From Phoronis australis (lineage: Eukaryota > Animalia > Phoronida), in NCBI GenBank assembly GCA_002633005.1, contig NMRA01000068.1, positions 602,639 to 666,638 on the forward strand: a stretch of DNA of 64,000 nucleotides, read 5' to 3'. The notes under the pieces are model-generated. The model made no database searches. It was not told where the DNA came from and worked only from the letters and a program-made list of their open reading frames with translations. Shown here piece after piece: positions 1-12,325 of this stretch (positions are counted from its first letter, which is position 1; each line of letters opens with the position of its first letter). The position numbers and the translations under genes were made by a program.

Positions 1-2
1 AC

Positions 3-336
3 TAGTGCCTGGGACAAACAGATACATTGCATAAACAAACCCTGGATCTTGTTTTGTGTCCCGTCGGAAGAAAATTTAAATTCGAAAACATCTTCTGAAA
101 ACGCACAAAAAAGTGTATTAGTAAAATCTACTGATTTTTAAGTGGTTTTAAAAAACAATCGGTAAACTCACCGATTTTTGTCTCATTACTTTGATACGTG
201 TCTCTTCCGATAAGTTAGTACCTAACGTGCAGACGAGCACTCCAAATTGGAACGCTAAGTCCCGCGTGGTTGCGCTGCACGCGAAACAAGATGGCGGACG
301 ACCTTTGGAGCCTGACGGCAATAGGTAACCGGACTA
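3..336. repeat. interspersed repeat copy 1 (probable DNA-transposon end, ...GACTA)
   Basis: Aligns by eye with 1360-1677; similarity stops sharply at GACTA. Confidence 0.75.
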
Positions 337-1359
337 TACATTCGGGAACACAATGATGGTCGTCCGGTTAAGCATAAAACCGGCTTGTTGTACTCACCCA
401 ATTATTCCTCTTCAAAGTTATTCTCTGAATAGGATTTGATTTAACTCTCACAAATATATAGTATTTGTTTATTCAAAAGTTTTCTTCCAATTATGCCGAT
501 TTGTTTCAACTGCATTGCTTTTCAGCAGCCATTTTATAATGACCCTATGGTCGTCATATGCTGCCGCCTTTTGAAAGAACAGAAAACCACCCAGAAAAAG
601 GCCAAGAAAATAGTGGAAAGTGGTTTACAACAATTCTAGTTCAACTACAAACTGTGTTACTGATAGGATTGATATCGATTTCTAAATCGATTAAAATTGG
701 CTCAGAATTTCAGTTCTGGAAAATAAATCACGATTGTTTTATTCCAGATAGACCTTACTTATTTTCTATTGTTGACCTCTTTAATCTCCTATTTGACTTT
801 TTGCTCTTGATGTTCTTAACACCACTTATCTCTGCTGTCTTTATCTTTCCTTTCAATTTTTCTTCATTCTCTGTTAACATGTCGGCCAAAACAGAACTGT
901 AATGCTTTGAGACTTGGTCGGCGGAAGTTGATCATTGAACCTCGATGCAGTTGTTCTAATAAATTACCCTATATCACATCGATTTTTTCTCACCTTTAAC
1001 AGGCTTCTGCAATCATAAATAAATAAATAAATAAATACCCAAGGTGCATTTGCATTTTATTGCTCAATCTCTTCTGTTATTTTTATTATGTCATGCTGTG
1101 TGTATGTAACAATGCAATATAGTGAAATAAAGTCAATGTTTTACTTTATTGGTGGCCACTCTCTATCAATTCAAGTTTTTTAATTTTCTTCAAATAAATC
1201 CAAAATGCCTGAACCAAAAAATTCAACATAAATGTTGTGCTCAGTACTGTGTTTTGCATTAAAAAACAAGTGGACAATATTTTGATGAGCCGAAAATGTG
1301 AAGCACCCTGCGTGTTGCATTTATCTGCTTGGTTTTTCCTTTGGCCTAACAGTGTTGGT

Positions 1360-1677
1360 TAGTGCCTGGGACAAATACATACATTGCATAAACAATCCCT
1401 GGGTTGTTTTTTCTTCCGTCTGAAAAAAACTAATTTCGAAAATTTGTTCTGAAAATGAACAAAACAGTGCATTAGTAAAATCTACAAGTTTTTAAGTGGT
1501 GTCAAAAAACAGTTGATAAATGCACCGATTTTCGTCTCAGTTCTTCGATGCGTGTTTCTCCCGAGAGGTTAGTACGAGCACTCCAGATTGGAACGCTAAG
1601 CCCCGCGTGGCTGCGCTGCACGTGAAAGAAGATGGCGGACAACCATTGGAGCCTGGTGACGATAGGTATCCCGACTA
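1360..1677. repeat. interspersed repeat copy 2 (direct repeat of 3-336)
   Basis: TAGTGCCTGGGACAAA...AAGATGGCGGAC...GACTA shared with copy 1. Confidence 0.75.
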
Positions 1678-3109
1678 CAAAACATAAGCTGCAATTTGAC
1701 TAGGCAACACGTTGCCCCTCGGCCTCAGTTGGCCATTTACAGACAAGTGACCTAATTATCGGACATTTTAGCACATTTTGCATTATATTTAATTGAAAAT
1801 ACTACGGATTGTTGTCAATTCTTTGCTGAAATAAAGACTTACCTTTACGGAATTGTTCTGTTACTATATCTTGTCACCGAAAGCCACATTTATGTTCTGA
1901 CTGATCTTTAAAAAACACAACTAGCAAACCTACGGAGAACCTAAATATCGGACACCATGTTTCCCCATATGCCACACCGTGGAAAACTGACTAACCAAGT
2001 AACGGCCACCGGCACCTTGTAGCCATATTTCAGCTCGAGTGTTTTGACATATGTGCTGCTAGAACACAGCTCTATTCCCAACAAAATTGTCCATAAAATG
2101 AAATTTGATGACGGCGCCAAGTCGTTTGGATGAATCAGTTCAGACGACTAAAGCATGTGCAAACTCACTGCAGTTTTTAGTATCTCGTTGCCTTCTTGAT
2201 ATGACATCTGCACGTGTGCGGCCGGGGTTTGACTTGAGTTTAAAAACAAATGAAAAAAAAATGAAACAGTAACATATTGTCAGTTCATGAAGCGAGGCAC
2301 GCACATAAGTCAGTCTCAACAATTTCATACCCACTTGATCTGTTGAGGGGGCAGTGTCTGCGGTTGCGTTACCTGAGTCCGTCCATCCTGCCGCCACACC
2401 ATCTTCACCGTCAGCGTCATGCGCTACGTTGTGCCTTGCGTGTGCACGTGTGGCTACGACCACTTGTTGCAGAGTCAACTCATCTGTCCCCCCAAGGGTA
2501 TTATGTCGTTCACGTCAAAGTAGAACCTCTCCCACTCCTGGTGGTGCTTAGCGCATTGGTCGCAGCCGTCGCCGCAGGGGAGCGCACTCAGCAGCACATC
2601 ACAGTGGAACTCAGGTGCCCAGGAATGCAGAACAGTGCGCTGGCATGGCCAAGGAATTTCACTGGGCAGTAATGCAGCTCAGTCGTACTCCGAGAGTCTC
2701 TAGCCAGCAAGTAAGCAGGTCCTGAAGTTTTTTTGAAATTTCGTTACCACGTAAGAACAAAGGAATCGGGCTAAGCACACACGTGGCTCAATCCTCGCAA
2801 TTTCATTGGAGGAGGCAGAACTTCCAGAAACCCTTGTGACACATGTTTAATGAGTTCCAAGAATCCCTCACCTGGCACTACCAAATAAGGCAATGACCAA
2901 TCCACCAAATGAATCAGCGGTCGACCACTACCGATTATCTCCGAACCTCGGCGAGGAATTCCCGGAAGCCAACAACACTGTGGTTATTTTGACGGAGCAC
3001 CACCTTCAGACCTTCTATCTATGAGTGGAGTAATACGATCAAATCTTCAGTAATGGTCCTACAGCAAACGATCACAGATGCAACCACAAGCAATGTATAT
3101 GTCACAGTT

Positions 3110-5080
3110 ATGTGCAGCCACGCTTCAGGTGGTTGTAGCACTGTAGACTATTTGATAGTATCGACAAGTCTCTTTCAACATATTTCAGATTTTAGTGTAG
3201 GCACATTTGACGAGTCTGACCATTTTCCTATTGTTTGTAATGTTGCAGGTAATTGTGTGTATGACAGTTGTTGTAGCGTTAGCCAATCAGCATCGAAATC
3301 AAACACTCGACTGGAGTGGGATAGTGGCCGAGTAGTAGAATTCCATGAAGTGTTCTCAAATTGCCTATCAGAAAGTCTAGATCGAGTAGTTGAACAGATT
3401 GCTCGTGGCGACATAGAAAGTGCAACAGAAGGTATCACAAATCTGTATAAACAAACTGCTACATCGATGGCAATGTTTAAAAATAAACGTACTTATGCTA
3501 AAAGGCAGAGCAAACAACCCCCTTGGTGGGACAAAGAATTACATACTGCGAAAAAACTAAAAAATCACTCTTTGAATATTTTTCGGAGAGACTCTTCCCC
3601 TGGAAAATTGGCAGTATACAAAGAAAATAAGAAACAATTTCGCATGCAATACAAAGAAAAAGAAAAAGAGCACCAATCGAAGTTGCTAGAAAATATTTTG
3701 GATAGTAGAAATAATCCAAAGCAATTCTGGGCTTTGGTAAAATCAAAATTTAATAGTAGTCCGAAGGAAACTGCGATAACTCCAGAACGGTGGTACACGT
3801 ATTTTAATTTGTTGCTCAATGAACGGATGGAACCGAACGACACTATGTCAAATGCGGTCGTAAGACAACAAGAAAATCATGACAATTACTGTGATGCTTG
3901 TGACAAAAATTTACCCAGTGATATGAACACTTGTTTCTCATGTGAGGAAATTGACTGCGCTATAATGGATCTGCCAAACGGNNNNNNNNNNNNNNNNNNN
4001 NNNNNNNNNNNNNNNNNNNNNNNNNNNNNNNNNNNNNNNNNNNNNNNNNNNNNNNNNNNNNNNNNNNNNNNNNNNNNNNNNNNNNNNNNNNNNNNNNNNN
4101 NNNNNNNNNNNNNNNNNNNNNNNNNNNNNNNNNNNNNNNNNNNNNNNNNNNNNNNNNNNNNNNNNNNNNNNNNNNNNNNNNNNNNNNNNNNNNNNNNNNN
4201 NNNNNNNNNNNNNNNNNNNNNNNNNNNNNNNNNNNNNNNNNNNNNNNNNNNNNNNNNNNNNNNNNNNNNNNNNNNNNNNNNNNNNNNNNNNNNNNNNNNN
4301 NNNNNNNNNNNNNNNNNNNNNNNNNNNNNNNNNNNNNNNNNNNNNNNNNNNNNNNNNNNNNNNNNNNNNNNNNNNNNNNNNNNNNNNNNNNNNNNNNNNN
4401 NNNNNNNNNNNNNNNNNNNNNNNNNNNNNNNNNNNNNNNNNNNNNNNNNNNNNNNNNNNNNNNNNNNNNNNNNNNNNNNNNNNNNNNNNNNNNNNNNNNN
4501 NNNNNNNNNNNNNNNNNNNNNNNNNNNNNNNNNNNNNNNNNNNNNNNNNNNNNNNNNNNNNNNNNNNNNNNNNNNNNNNNNNNNNNNNNNNNNNNNNNNN
4601 NNNNNNNNNNNNNNNNNNNNNNNNNNNNNNNNNNNNNNNNNNNNNNNNNNNNNNNNNNNNNNNNNNNNNNNNNNNNNNNNNNNNNNNNNNNNNNNNNNNN
4701 NNNNNNNNNNNNNNNNNNNNNNNNNNNNNNNNNNNNNNNNNNNNNNNNNNNNNNNNNNNNNNNNNNNNNNNNNNNNNNNNNNNNNNNNNNNNNNNNNNTG
4801 CAATGATGGTCTTGTAGAGGATGAATACCATTTCCTGTTGGTTTGCAAGGGATATTGTGAACTTAGGTCACGTTTTATGAAGGAATTTCAATGGAGGCAT
4901 CCAACTCAAGAATCCTGTATACGCCTGCTCGCTAATCCAGATATATCTGCTTTTAAATATGTGTATTTTGCCCTTAAAAGACCAGAACAACTCTTAAATG
5001 GGTTGACTGCTTGTGCAAATGTGCCTGATTAATTGTTTTGTTTATTGTACTTTGGGCCAGAGGCCTTCAATACAAATACA
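3110..5080 (+). mobile_element. non-LTR retrotransposon (L2/CR1 group) ORF2 fragment, RT region lost in assembly gap
   Basis: AP-endonuclease C-terminus STVDYLIVS...ESDHFPI, linker PWWDKE and FW motifs, C-terminal C...VEDEYHFLLVC..Y.ELR; AT-rich tail. Confidence 0.85.
3982..4798. other. assembly gap (817 N)
   Basis: Run of N. Confidence 1.
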
Positions 5081-5856
5081 TTTATAGCATGTAGTTCACA
5101 GAGCTCAATAAGTTACAGATCCATTTCAAAGTCAGGGTCACCGTCACAATTCTCAAAATTAACACAGCACAATTGTATTTATCACAACACAAAGCACAAG
5201 GTGCATGTTCAATCCACAGCACTGCAATTTTAATATCCACAGATGTTATATCCAAGCATACAATAAGTATTGTAACTATACAAAAAGCTTGCCAGGTTGG
5301 GTATTTTTCCTTGGTGTTCTAGTTAGAGTGGTAGATAGGATTGTGCCATGTGCACTGTCAATTTGACCCTGGACAGTACACACAGAGCACAACACATGAT
5401 TTACCGTAGGAGTCTTCATATGTAATATACTGAAGAAACATCATGATAATCAGAATTTTATGGGTTTATAAACACATGCAACTAATAGGGTCAAACTGGC
5501 AATCCACATAGTACCACTGTCTTGACTGGCTCAGTAGAGACGGTAGTCATCCCATGGCATAGGAGCACCATACACCAGAAGCTTTGCAGAAAATTATGTC
5601 ACATAATGATTAAACAATCACAGTGACGTTACTGTATATACATAGGGGCCTCGCTCACCTAGGGAAAATGTGCCTTTATCTTTAAAAGGGGAATTGACCT
5701 ATTGCTAGGATTGTGACTGACAGCTTAACTGACCTATCAGAACACAGCATTCTTGACACACCATCTGCATTTCCAAGCTGCCATTTTACCCGACAAACAA
5801 TGTGGTTGTCGGTAAAGCTTATTTTAGTCTATAGCTCAAAAAATGGTGCGATAAGA

Positions 5857-6070
5857 ATGGTGAAACGGTGTTGATATGGCGTGTGTAGTTCTGACAGCCG
5901 TTATACATCTCGAGAAGAACGTCCCGTCATTTTTTGGGCATTCCCTAAGCCGAAAAGTGTTGTCCAGTGTGTAAACGATGGATCAAACTGTGGACGACCA
6001 CACAAGCAGCTAAACTTGACAATGTTTGCTGGATTACTCGAAGGTTAAACATAAATATATTTGTTCCAAG
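5857..6070 (+). pseudogene. decayed THAP-type zinc-finger N-terminus from a DNA transposon
   Basis: MVKRC*YGVCSSDSRY...VIFWAFPKPKS / KRWIK.CGRPHKQLN...KYICSK with an in-frame stop and frameshifts. Confidence 0.7.
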
Positions 6071-9000
6071 ATAAGTACTTTTCAGTTTGGTGGCTATACT
6101 GTAGGCCTATCTGATTTTGACTCTGGAGTTTCACTCGTCTGGGGCACCTTTGTGTTGGCATCTGCTGGATCCCAGCATTAGTGTAGAGGCCTGGAAAGGT
6201 GTTTTTAAGGACATTTTTATTATTTTTCATTTATTTTGACCTATAATGGACATCCTTCTGTTTTGTAGCACAGGTACATTTTTGTTATTCATATACCCGT
6301 AAGCTGGCGTTCAAGTGAATTTCTAACCAAAATTGATTCGATTGAAACTGCATGCTGGGAGGGCTGGCACTAGATTACTGAACTCAAAGCCTCATTCGAG
6401 CTGCTGTCATGAAGTAAACTGTTGAATTACATTTTGATGAGAACCGCTAGTATAAACTACGTCTGTATAGTTGGGAGAGCTCATTTTGTAGTTGTTCAAA
6501 CATGTACTTGGATTTATGAAGCTTTAAAAAACATCTTCTTAGTTATTTTTGTAAATGGCCATTTTTGCCACTACACCAGTCTTGTCATCTTTTGTTACCA
6601 TATCACAGCTTAGTGATCATGATATGTCTAAAATTAAATGAAAACTACCTTATGCCCTGAAACTACAAAAAATGTGAAGTTCATCAGAAGGTTGGCCTAA
6701 CTTAAATGTCTTTATGGTGCACTGAATTATGGTCAATTTCATGCATTAATTTGACTTTTGGACGCAGCCCTAGACCTACAGGAGCTAACTGCTTGCCTAG
6801 GATAAGATGAAAATGTGCCTGAGCTGTGGACCTAATTTTTTAATCAAAATATTTCGATCGAATATTAGAAAAGTATAAACATTTGCTATCTATTCAACCT
6901 ACTTTACTCAGAGAATCAGATCAGTTGTGACCTACTTTTGATTTGGTGAAATTTAGCAGACAGCAGAATAATATATTGGCGAATCTTCACTGATTTTGTT
7001 CGAAATATCCTGAAATTTGTGACATCGTACAGACAATTCAACTTTAAGGTAAATGCCCAGCTTTACATGTCGATTGAACATATGGCATCAGTGGCCTTGT
7101 CAGTTTTTAAGTGAAGGTGAACCCCATGCGGGTTTTTTCAGATTTTCGCTGCGGACTCCGAAATTTTCCTCAAACGCTTATTTTTTCATCGTCGCCTTTA
7201 CAAATTCCCAAATCATGAACGTACGATACTCAGCTGAAAAGTATCGCCTGTTGTCTTTGTAGAAGCGTTTTCGGAAAGTGCAAAAAAGTCATTGATTCCA
7301 CCAGGAATGTCGTTTAGCGACAGTGTCAGTATTTGCCGCTGACATGTTGTTTGTTTGCCGGGTATCACGTGACTTTTCGCAAGGGGGAAAAACTTGCGAT
7401 AGGTCAATTTCCGCAGTGCTTTTTAATAAGGGAGGATTTTTGGTGATGTTTATTTACTGCACTGTTTTTATAACAATACAGGTACCCTTATGCTTTCTCA
7501 AATAAGGAAGTATGAACTTCAAATTAAACAATGAAATGTAAGTTACTGTTACATTCACCATTTATTTGTACAAGTGTGAGTAAAGATGACCAGTTGCCAC
7601 ATAGGTGATTCATCAGCCTAGCTACGCCTTTGGCGTCCACATCAGTGTATGTTTCTATGCTCTGCCGCTTGGTTTTATGTCATTCTGTTCTTGTAGAACT
7701 TGGTTGTGTGACATTTTGAGCCGCAAGTGACAAACTGAAGTTGTCTTTTAGTTTTACGTTTTCAATGCGCGAGAGTGAAATAACTCAAAACTGGGTAGAG
7801 TTCAGTAGCTGTTTTGTGGCGAGAAATGGCTGGCCAAAATCACTACTCTCATTGCAAATACATGGCAATATCTCGCGTAATCTCGTGAAGTCTCTCTCTT
7901 TAGCAAAGTCTTAGCGTTACTAAACTCTACCCTTGTTGTAGCACTCTTGTATGTGACATTTGCTTGATAAGGAAACCAGTTTGTGACGTCCGATGTCTTG
8001 TTTCCTCGGGACTAAAGTCAGCGGGTTAAAATATGATATTTTTAGGCTGTCTGAGGTTAAAACAATAAGAGGAATTTTTAATTGTTGAGAGGGGAATTTT
8101 TTAACCTGATGAAGGGAATTTTGCTTGATGTTTTAAATATTTTTGACAGGGGAATGGAGCCGATATTTTGCCAAATTTTGATCCTTCAAAGGGCCTGGTA
8201 CCTTCTGGGCATAGAGGGACACCTTATGATTCCTTAGATGACTTGAAGAATTCCCAACTTGAGCAAGTACTCACGTAATCAAACCTTTTTGTTGAACAAT
8301 GCTTTGTTCAGTTACCCAAATTGGCAACTGCTTATTTTTGCACTGCGATGACCAAAAAAAATAAGAATGCCTAACTTCTGCTCGGTGACTGTAGGAGTGA
8401 TACGAATAACATCAATTTTCTTTTTGTACTTTACTTTTTTCAGTCATATTTTCCAACGTTTTCTTGTTTATGTCAAGTCCTGATTTTAGCTCTAGTCTTC
8501 ATACACATAGCTGTCTGGCTAGACATTCATTGGGATGAGCATGGGAGCTTATTTTTTGATGTGTCAGACAACACACCTCTCGACTGCCTCTCTAGTATAC
8601 ACCATATCAGTATAAGTAAAGAATGGCATACTATGTATGGCATTACACATTTTTTATAGATGCTGTTACAAATCCAAAAATAAAACTAGAACTATTCATA
8701 TTCATAAATGATAACATTGTAGACATGCTTTCATTGAATCATCTGTGCCTCTGTTACCAGCTCGCTAAGGGTCAATTGCCAATTATCCGAAGGTTAGCAC
8801 ACTTGCTGATTTTATGGGGTTCGCTGGTTCAATTCCCGAGTTGGGTGGTCTCGGTAATTGCTACACAATGTTTGGATAGTGGTTGTTTGGAAGAAATGTG
8901 TTTACCTCTAACAAAATTTTATTCACTACGTACATTATTTGCCTTTTGAATGAAGATGTATGATCTCAGTTTCAATTTTAAAGACTATTCAGCAGTGAGA

Positions 9001-9820
9001 AGACGATCCCATCACTCTGTCTCAAGATCAGGAGTTAAGCGTACTTAAAAAAAGACTATTGTCACTAGATATTTCTTGGGACTCATTATCTCTTGAAGGT
9101 CACATTGGTTCATTTTACTGTTTAATAGTGCTGTACATTAAAACCACTGTATTCAAATTAGCACATTGAAACTGCTCAAACTGTTGTTCCAGACAATGTG
9201 GCTGTTCTACCGGAACTCACTCTAACAAGTTAATGAAAAAATGCACCATAGTACATTCCCTCCTCTTTTAGACAAACAGTTATGTGACTAAACGTTTAAA
9301 TGTGGATTAATACTAATGTATCTTATTACTTTAACACAAAACTGTAGTCAGATTTACAGTGTCACTTAAAACTAAAAAAATTTCATTATTCCATGACATA
9401 TTTTGTATTTACCAGACGCTTGGAATGTCCACTTTTGACTGGTTCGCTTTGGGCAACATTGGATTCTCTAATAGCACAAGGTTTAAAGGCGAAGGCAACC
9501 TTTTTTCATGTCATTTTGAGCTAAAATAAGGTTGGTTGGTTATCCTAGACATATTTTCCACTTAATTACAGCTTTTCGTAATTTTATTAATTACTCGTCC
9601 TCTACTCCGGAAGTGACGTTTTAGGAGGCAAGCGTTTCCCGCCACTTGGTTTTGCGTTGACTTTACCGTGCGAATCTGTTCTATTCTACTTTTGTTTTGT
9701 GCTGTTTTTCAACAATTGTCGCCACCACTTTCCATCGGCGAGTATTCTGCGGCAAGATAGGTTAGTAGAGAACTCAACTACGTTGGATTTAGGGATTGTT
9801 TAGTGTGTTGTAAGCTGAAA

Positions 9821-10122
9821 ATGGCTGGAGTCGGTGACCCGTATCACAGTGACAGTAGTGTGAGTGACGGAGACCTTGTTCACAGCAGTGGTGACGAGGA
9901 ATTTTTTCACGGACATTCAGTGGGTGGGTACATGTTTGAGCCCGAGTATAACGAGGCAGAGTACGCACAGGCACAGGCAGCTGTTGAGAGAAACGAGGCG
10001 GCTACTGAGGACAGACGTGGTGACACATCTTGGTGCAAATGCACTGTGTGCGTTGTTATGCCTACCTCAATGGAATGCTTGTGCTGTTCAGAGTTCGACG
10101 AGGCCAAGCCACTACTGGACAT
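9821..10122 (+). pseudogene. KolX-like protein (P2X7 cytoplasmic ballast/Cys-rich zinc domain), 3'-truncated
   Basis: GYMFEPEY...RRGDTSWCKCTVCVVMPTSMECLCCSE motif; after KPLLD the frame runs into the antisense of the transposase. Confidence 0.8.
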
Positions 10123-11456
10123 GGTTAAGTGGACCTCCGGCATACCACGGACAGAGGAACAACTGTCCCACTTGCCAGAGTGTCCCGCGACACACTCCCA
10201 CTGGATGGTGACCTGAGCACCCAAACTGCTTACATCGCGTCGTGTGACTCCCTCGCCACACACCTGGCACCTTCTAAATAGCTCCAACACTTTAGACAAG
10301 TCCACAATAAACTTATCAAAGTTTGGCTCACCGATCTGTTCACTGGACGACGAACTGTCCTCTTCACTGGGTGTCGAACTGAGCCTGTAATCACTCCCAC
10401 TAATCAATATCGCTGCAGGGCTGCTTAGAGGCTCTGGGCTGGAGAAAACAGAACAAGGGCGAATCACTACTGGTTCCTGGAATTGCACGCTCTGGGGTAC
10501 GTTCGGAGGCACGGGTGACAGTAGATGAAGTGCCTCCACTGGCTCCAGTCACTGTACTGGCCACAGCTCGCGAGGCTTCTCGCTTCAAAAAAGCACTTCT
10601 TGGGGGTGGCGACTGGGCACTGCCGGGAATCAACATAGACGAAATGGGATCCTTCTTCAGGCGTTGTTTCACAGGGACCTTCATCAGTTCAGCGTACAAA
10701 TCCCTTTCGTAATCGGACGGCAGAAAGTGCTTTAATTGCCACACACACGGTAATTCTCGACTGCTTTGTACGTTGTGTTGGGTACATACCCGGTCAGCAG
10801 CCCAGTGGGCATCACTTAACTCCTGCAGAGAGACTAAGGAGAATTTTCCCAACGTGATCGAACCAAAAGGTTCAAAAATCCTTCTGAGTCTAGATAGATT
10901 GGGTATAAGACACGTCATTCAAATTTTGATGGGCCACTGCAACCTAGCCCGACACAGACACATTATTGGGCATATGGGGAGCCCTGTGTGTCCGGAGTGT
11001 GGTACTGACGTAGAATCTCCTAAACACCTGGTAGAGTCTTGCCCAGCTTTTTATAGGCTAAGGAGCAACCTACTGGATGGCACTGTTACATGCCTACAAC
11101 ATGTAGTGCATGACAACAAATGGAAACGTCTGTCCGTTTTCCAAAAGGAGACTGGCAGACTTGAAAACTTTCTTGACGAGGAGCCATAATTGGGGTCTCG
11201 TGCCTTTGCTCAGGTGTTTTGTGCAATGGGCCCAACCATGAGGCCTGCGCACGTCTGATGCACCGCAAATGACATCAGACCACCAGCACTGTTTTTTTTT
11301 TATTTACGTTGCGTGGACGGGTAACGCTGCGTTCTTCACACGAACGAGCCAAGTACAGCGAAGTGTGTCATCCATCGGAAAGCGATGGTAAGGTACTCCC
11401 AAAGCGCTTGTGAGACGATAATTAGTACATCCCGGTACGTAGCAACAGTGTGGCAT
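10123..11456 (-). pseudogene. Kolobok transposase N-terminal part (THAP + CxxC..CxxxH region), interrupted and truncated
   Basis: MPHCCYVPGCTN...YHRFPMDDTLRCTWLVRVKN (from 11456), resuming after the LINE as YKAVENYRVCG/KHFLPSDYERDL...RLKKDP, then KFIVDLSKVLELFRRCQVC...CVAGHSGKWDS; no DDE core. Confidence 0.82.
10776..11304 (+). mobile_element. 5'-truncated non-LTR retrotransposon 3' end (LOA/Lian-like, I/R1 group) inserted in the Kolobok THAP
   Basis: LL.L.R..IR....MGHCNL.RH..IG...SPVCPEC...ESPKHLVESCPAF..LR...KETGRL; T-rich tail 11292-11304; TSD TACGTTG at 10769-75 and 11305-11. Confidence 0.85.
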
Positions 11457-12325
11457 GTTGACTGACTAGTAAATGAAAGCAAACGACGACGTAACTTAAC
11501 ACAATCGAGGTAGAACAATGTCTGACTCGGCAGCTCTCACAGTCAGACTATATGAAAAGAAATTGGCGCGAATATGCTTGCCTCCTAAAACGTCACTTCC
11601 GGAGTAGCGGACGAGTAATAAACAAAATTACGAATAGCTGTAATTAAGTGGAAAATATGTCTAGGATAACCAACCCACCTTATTTTAGCGCAAAATGACA
11701 TGAAAAAAGGTTGCCTTCGCCTTTAATTTCGAGACAAATTATTACATCACTGTTGTCCTGAAAAACGGTTTTAAGAATTAATTATTTGTATGATAGCTTA
11801 ATACCTCTTGAAGAACTAATTAGTAGCCTACATTAGCAATTGAATGTCATCTGTTTAAACGGAGCTTATCATTTAAAGAGACAGGAAAAAAATTTTATTT
11901 TGTGTTTTTTAGTTCTTGCAGCAGTACCGACATTATTTATCCAATATCGAGATTTTTCAACTGAAGCCATCCCAGCATTTAAAAAGTCTTGGTGATCTGG
12001 TGATGTTCCTGTCCCAGGTAAGCTAAATCTTTCCAAAAATGTATTCTTACTCAAAACAAGGCATTTGCGTCAAGATGCTAATTTTTAAGCCAGCCTCTGT
12101 TTTGGCTTTTATAGCTTTGATAAAAGCTGAATAATGTTTTTTAACCATATTTCAGCTTACACATATTTTATCAGGAAATGCTCGCATCAATATTTTGGTG
12201 GTCATTTCTGTAAAAGGAATTTGTCTAATTTCATTTAATGCCAATGTATTGAGTGATTATTGTTGTCTTGAGCATTGGTCGCTGCTGTTATATAATTTTC
12301 TTTGACATCTTTTTGATGATTTTAG

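Larger units (their letters stand above)
9487..11722. mobile_element. Kolobok-superfamily DNA transposon, internally deleted, ~160-bp TIRs, TTAA TSD
   Basis: TTAA(9483-86)|AGGCGAAGGCAACC...GGTTGCCTTCGCCT|TTAA(11723-26); TIRs ~9487-9646 and ~11561-11722; convergent KolX-like and THAP-transposase remnants. Confidence 0.9.

Noticed and set aside
558-902. 114-aa hydrophobic ORF
   Set aside because: T-rich low-complexity sequence, no family motif
3886-4848. Long ORFs of 297-659 aa across the gap
   Set aside because: Length is an artefact of translating Ns
9821-10216. Host P2X7 receptor gene
   Set aside because: No channel or transmembrane domain; lies within TIRs and a TTAA TSD, so it is transposon KolX
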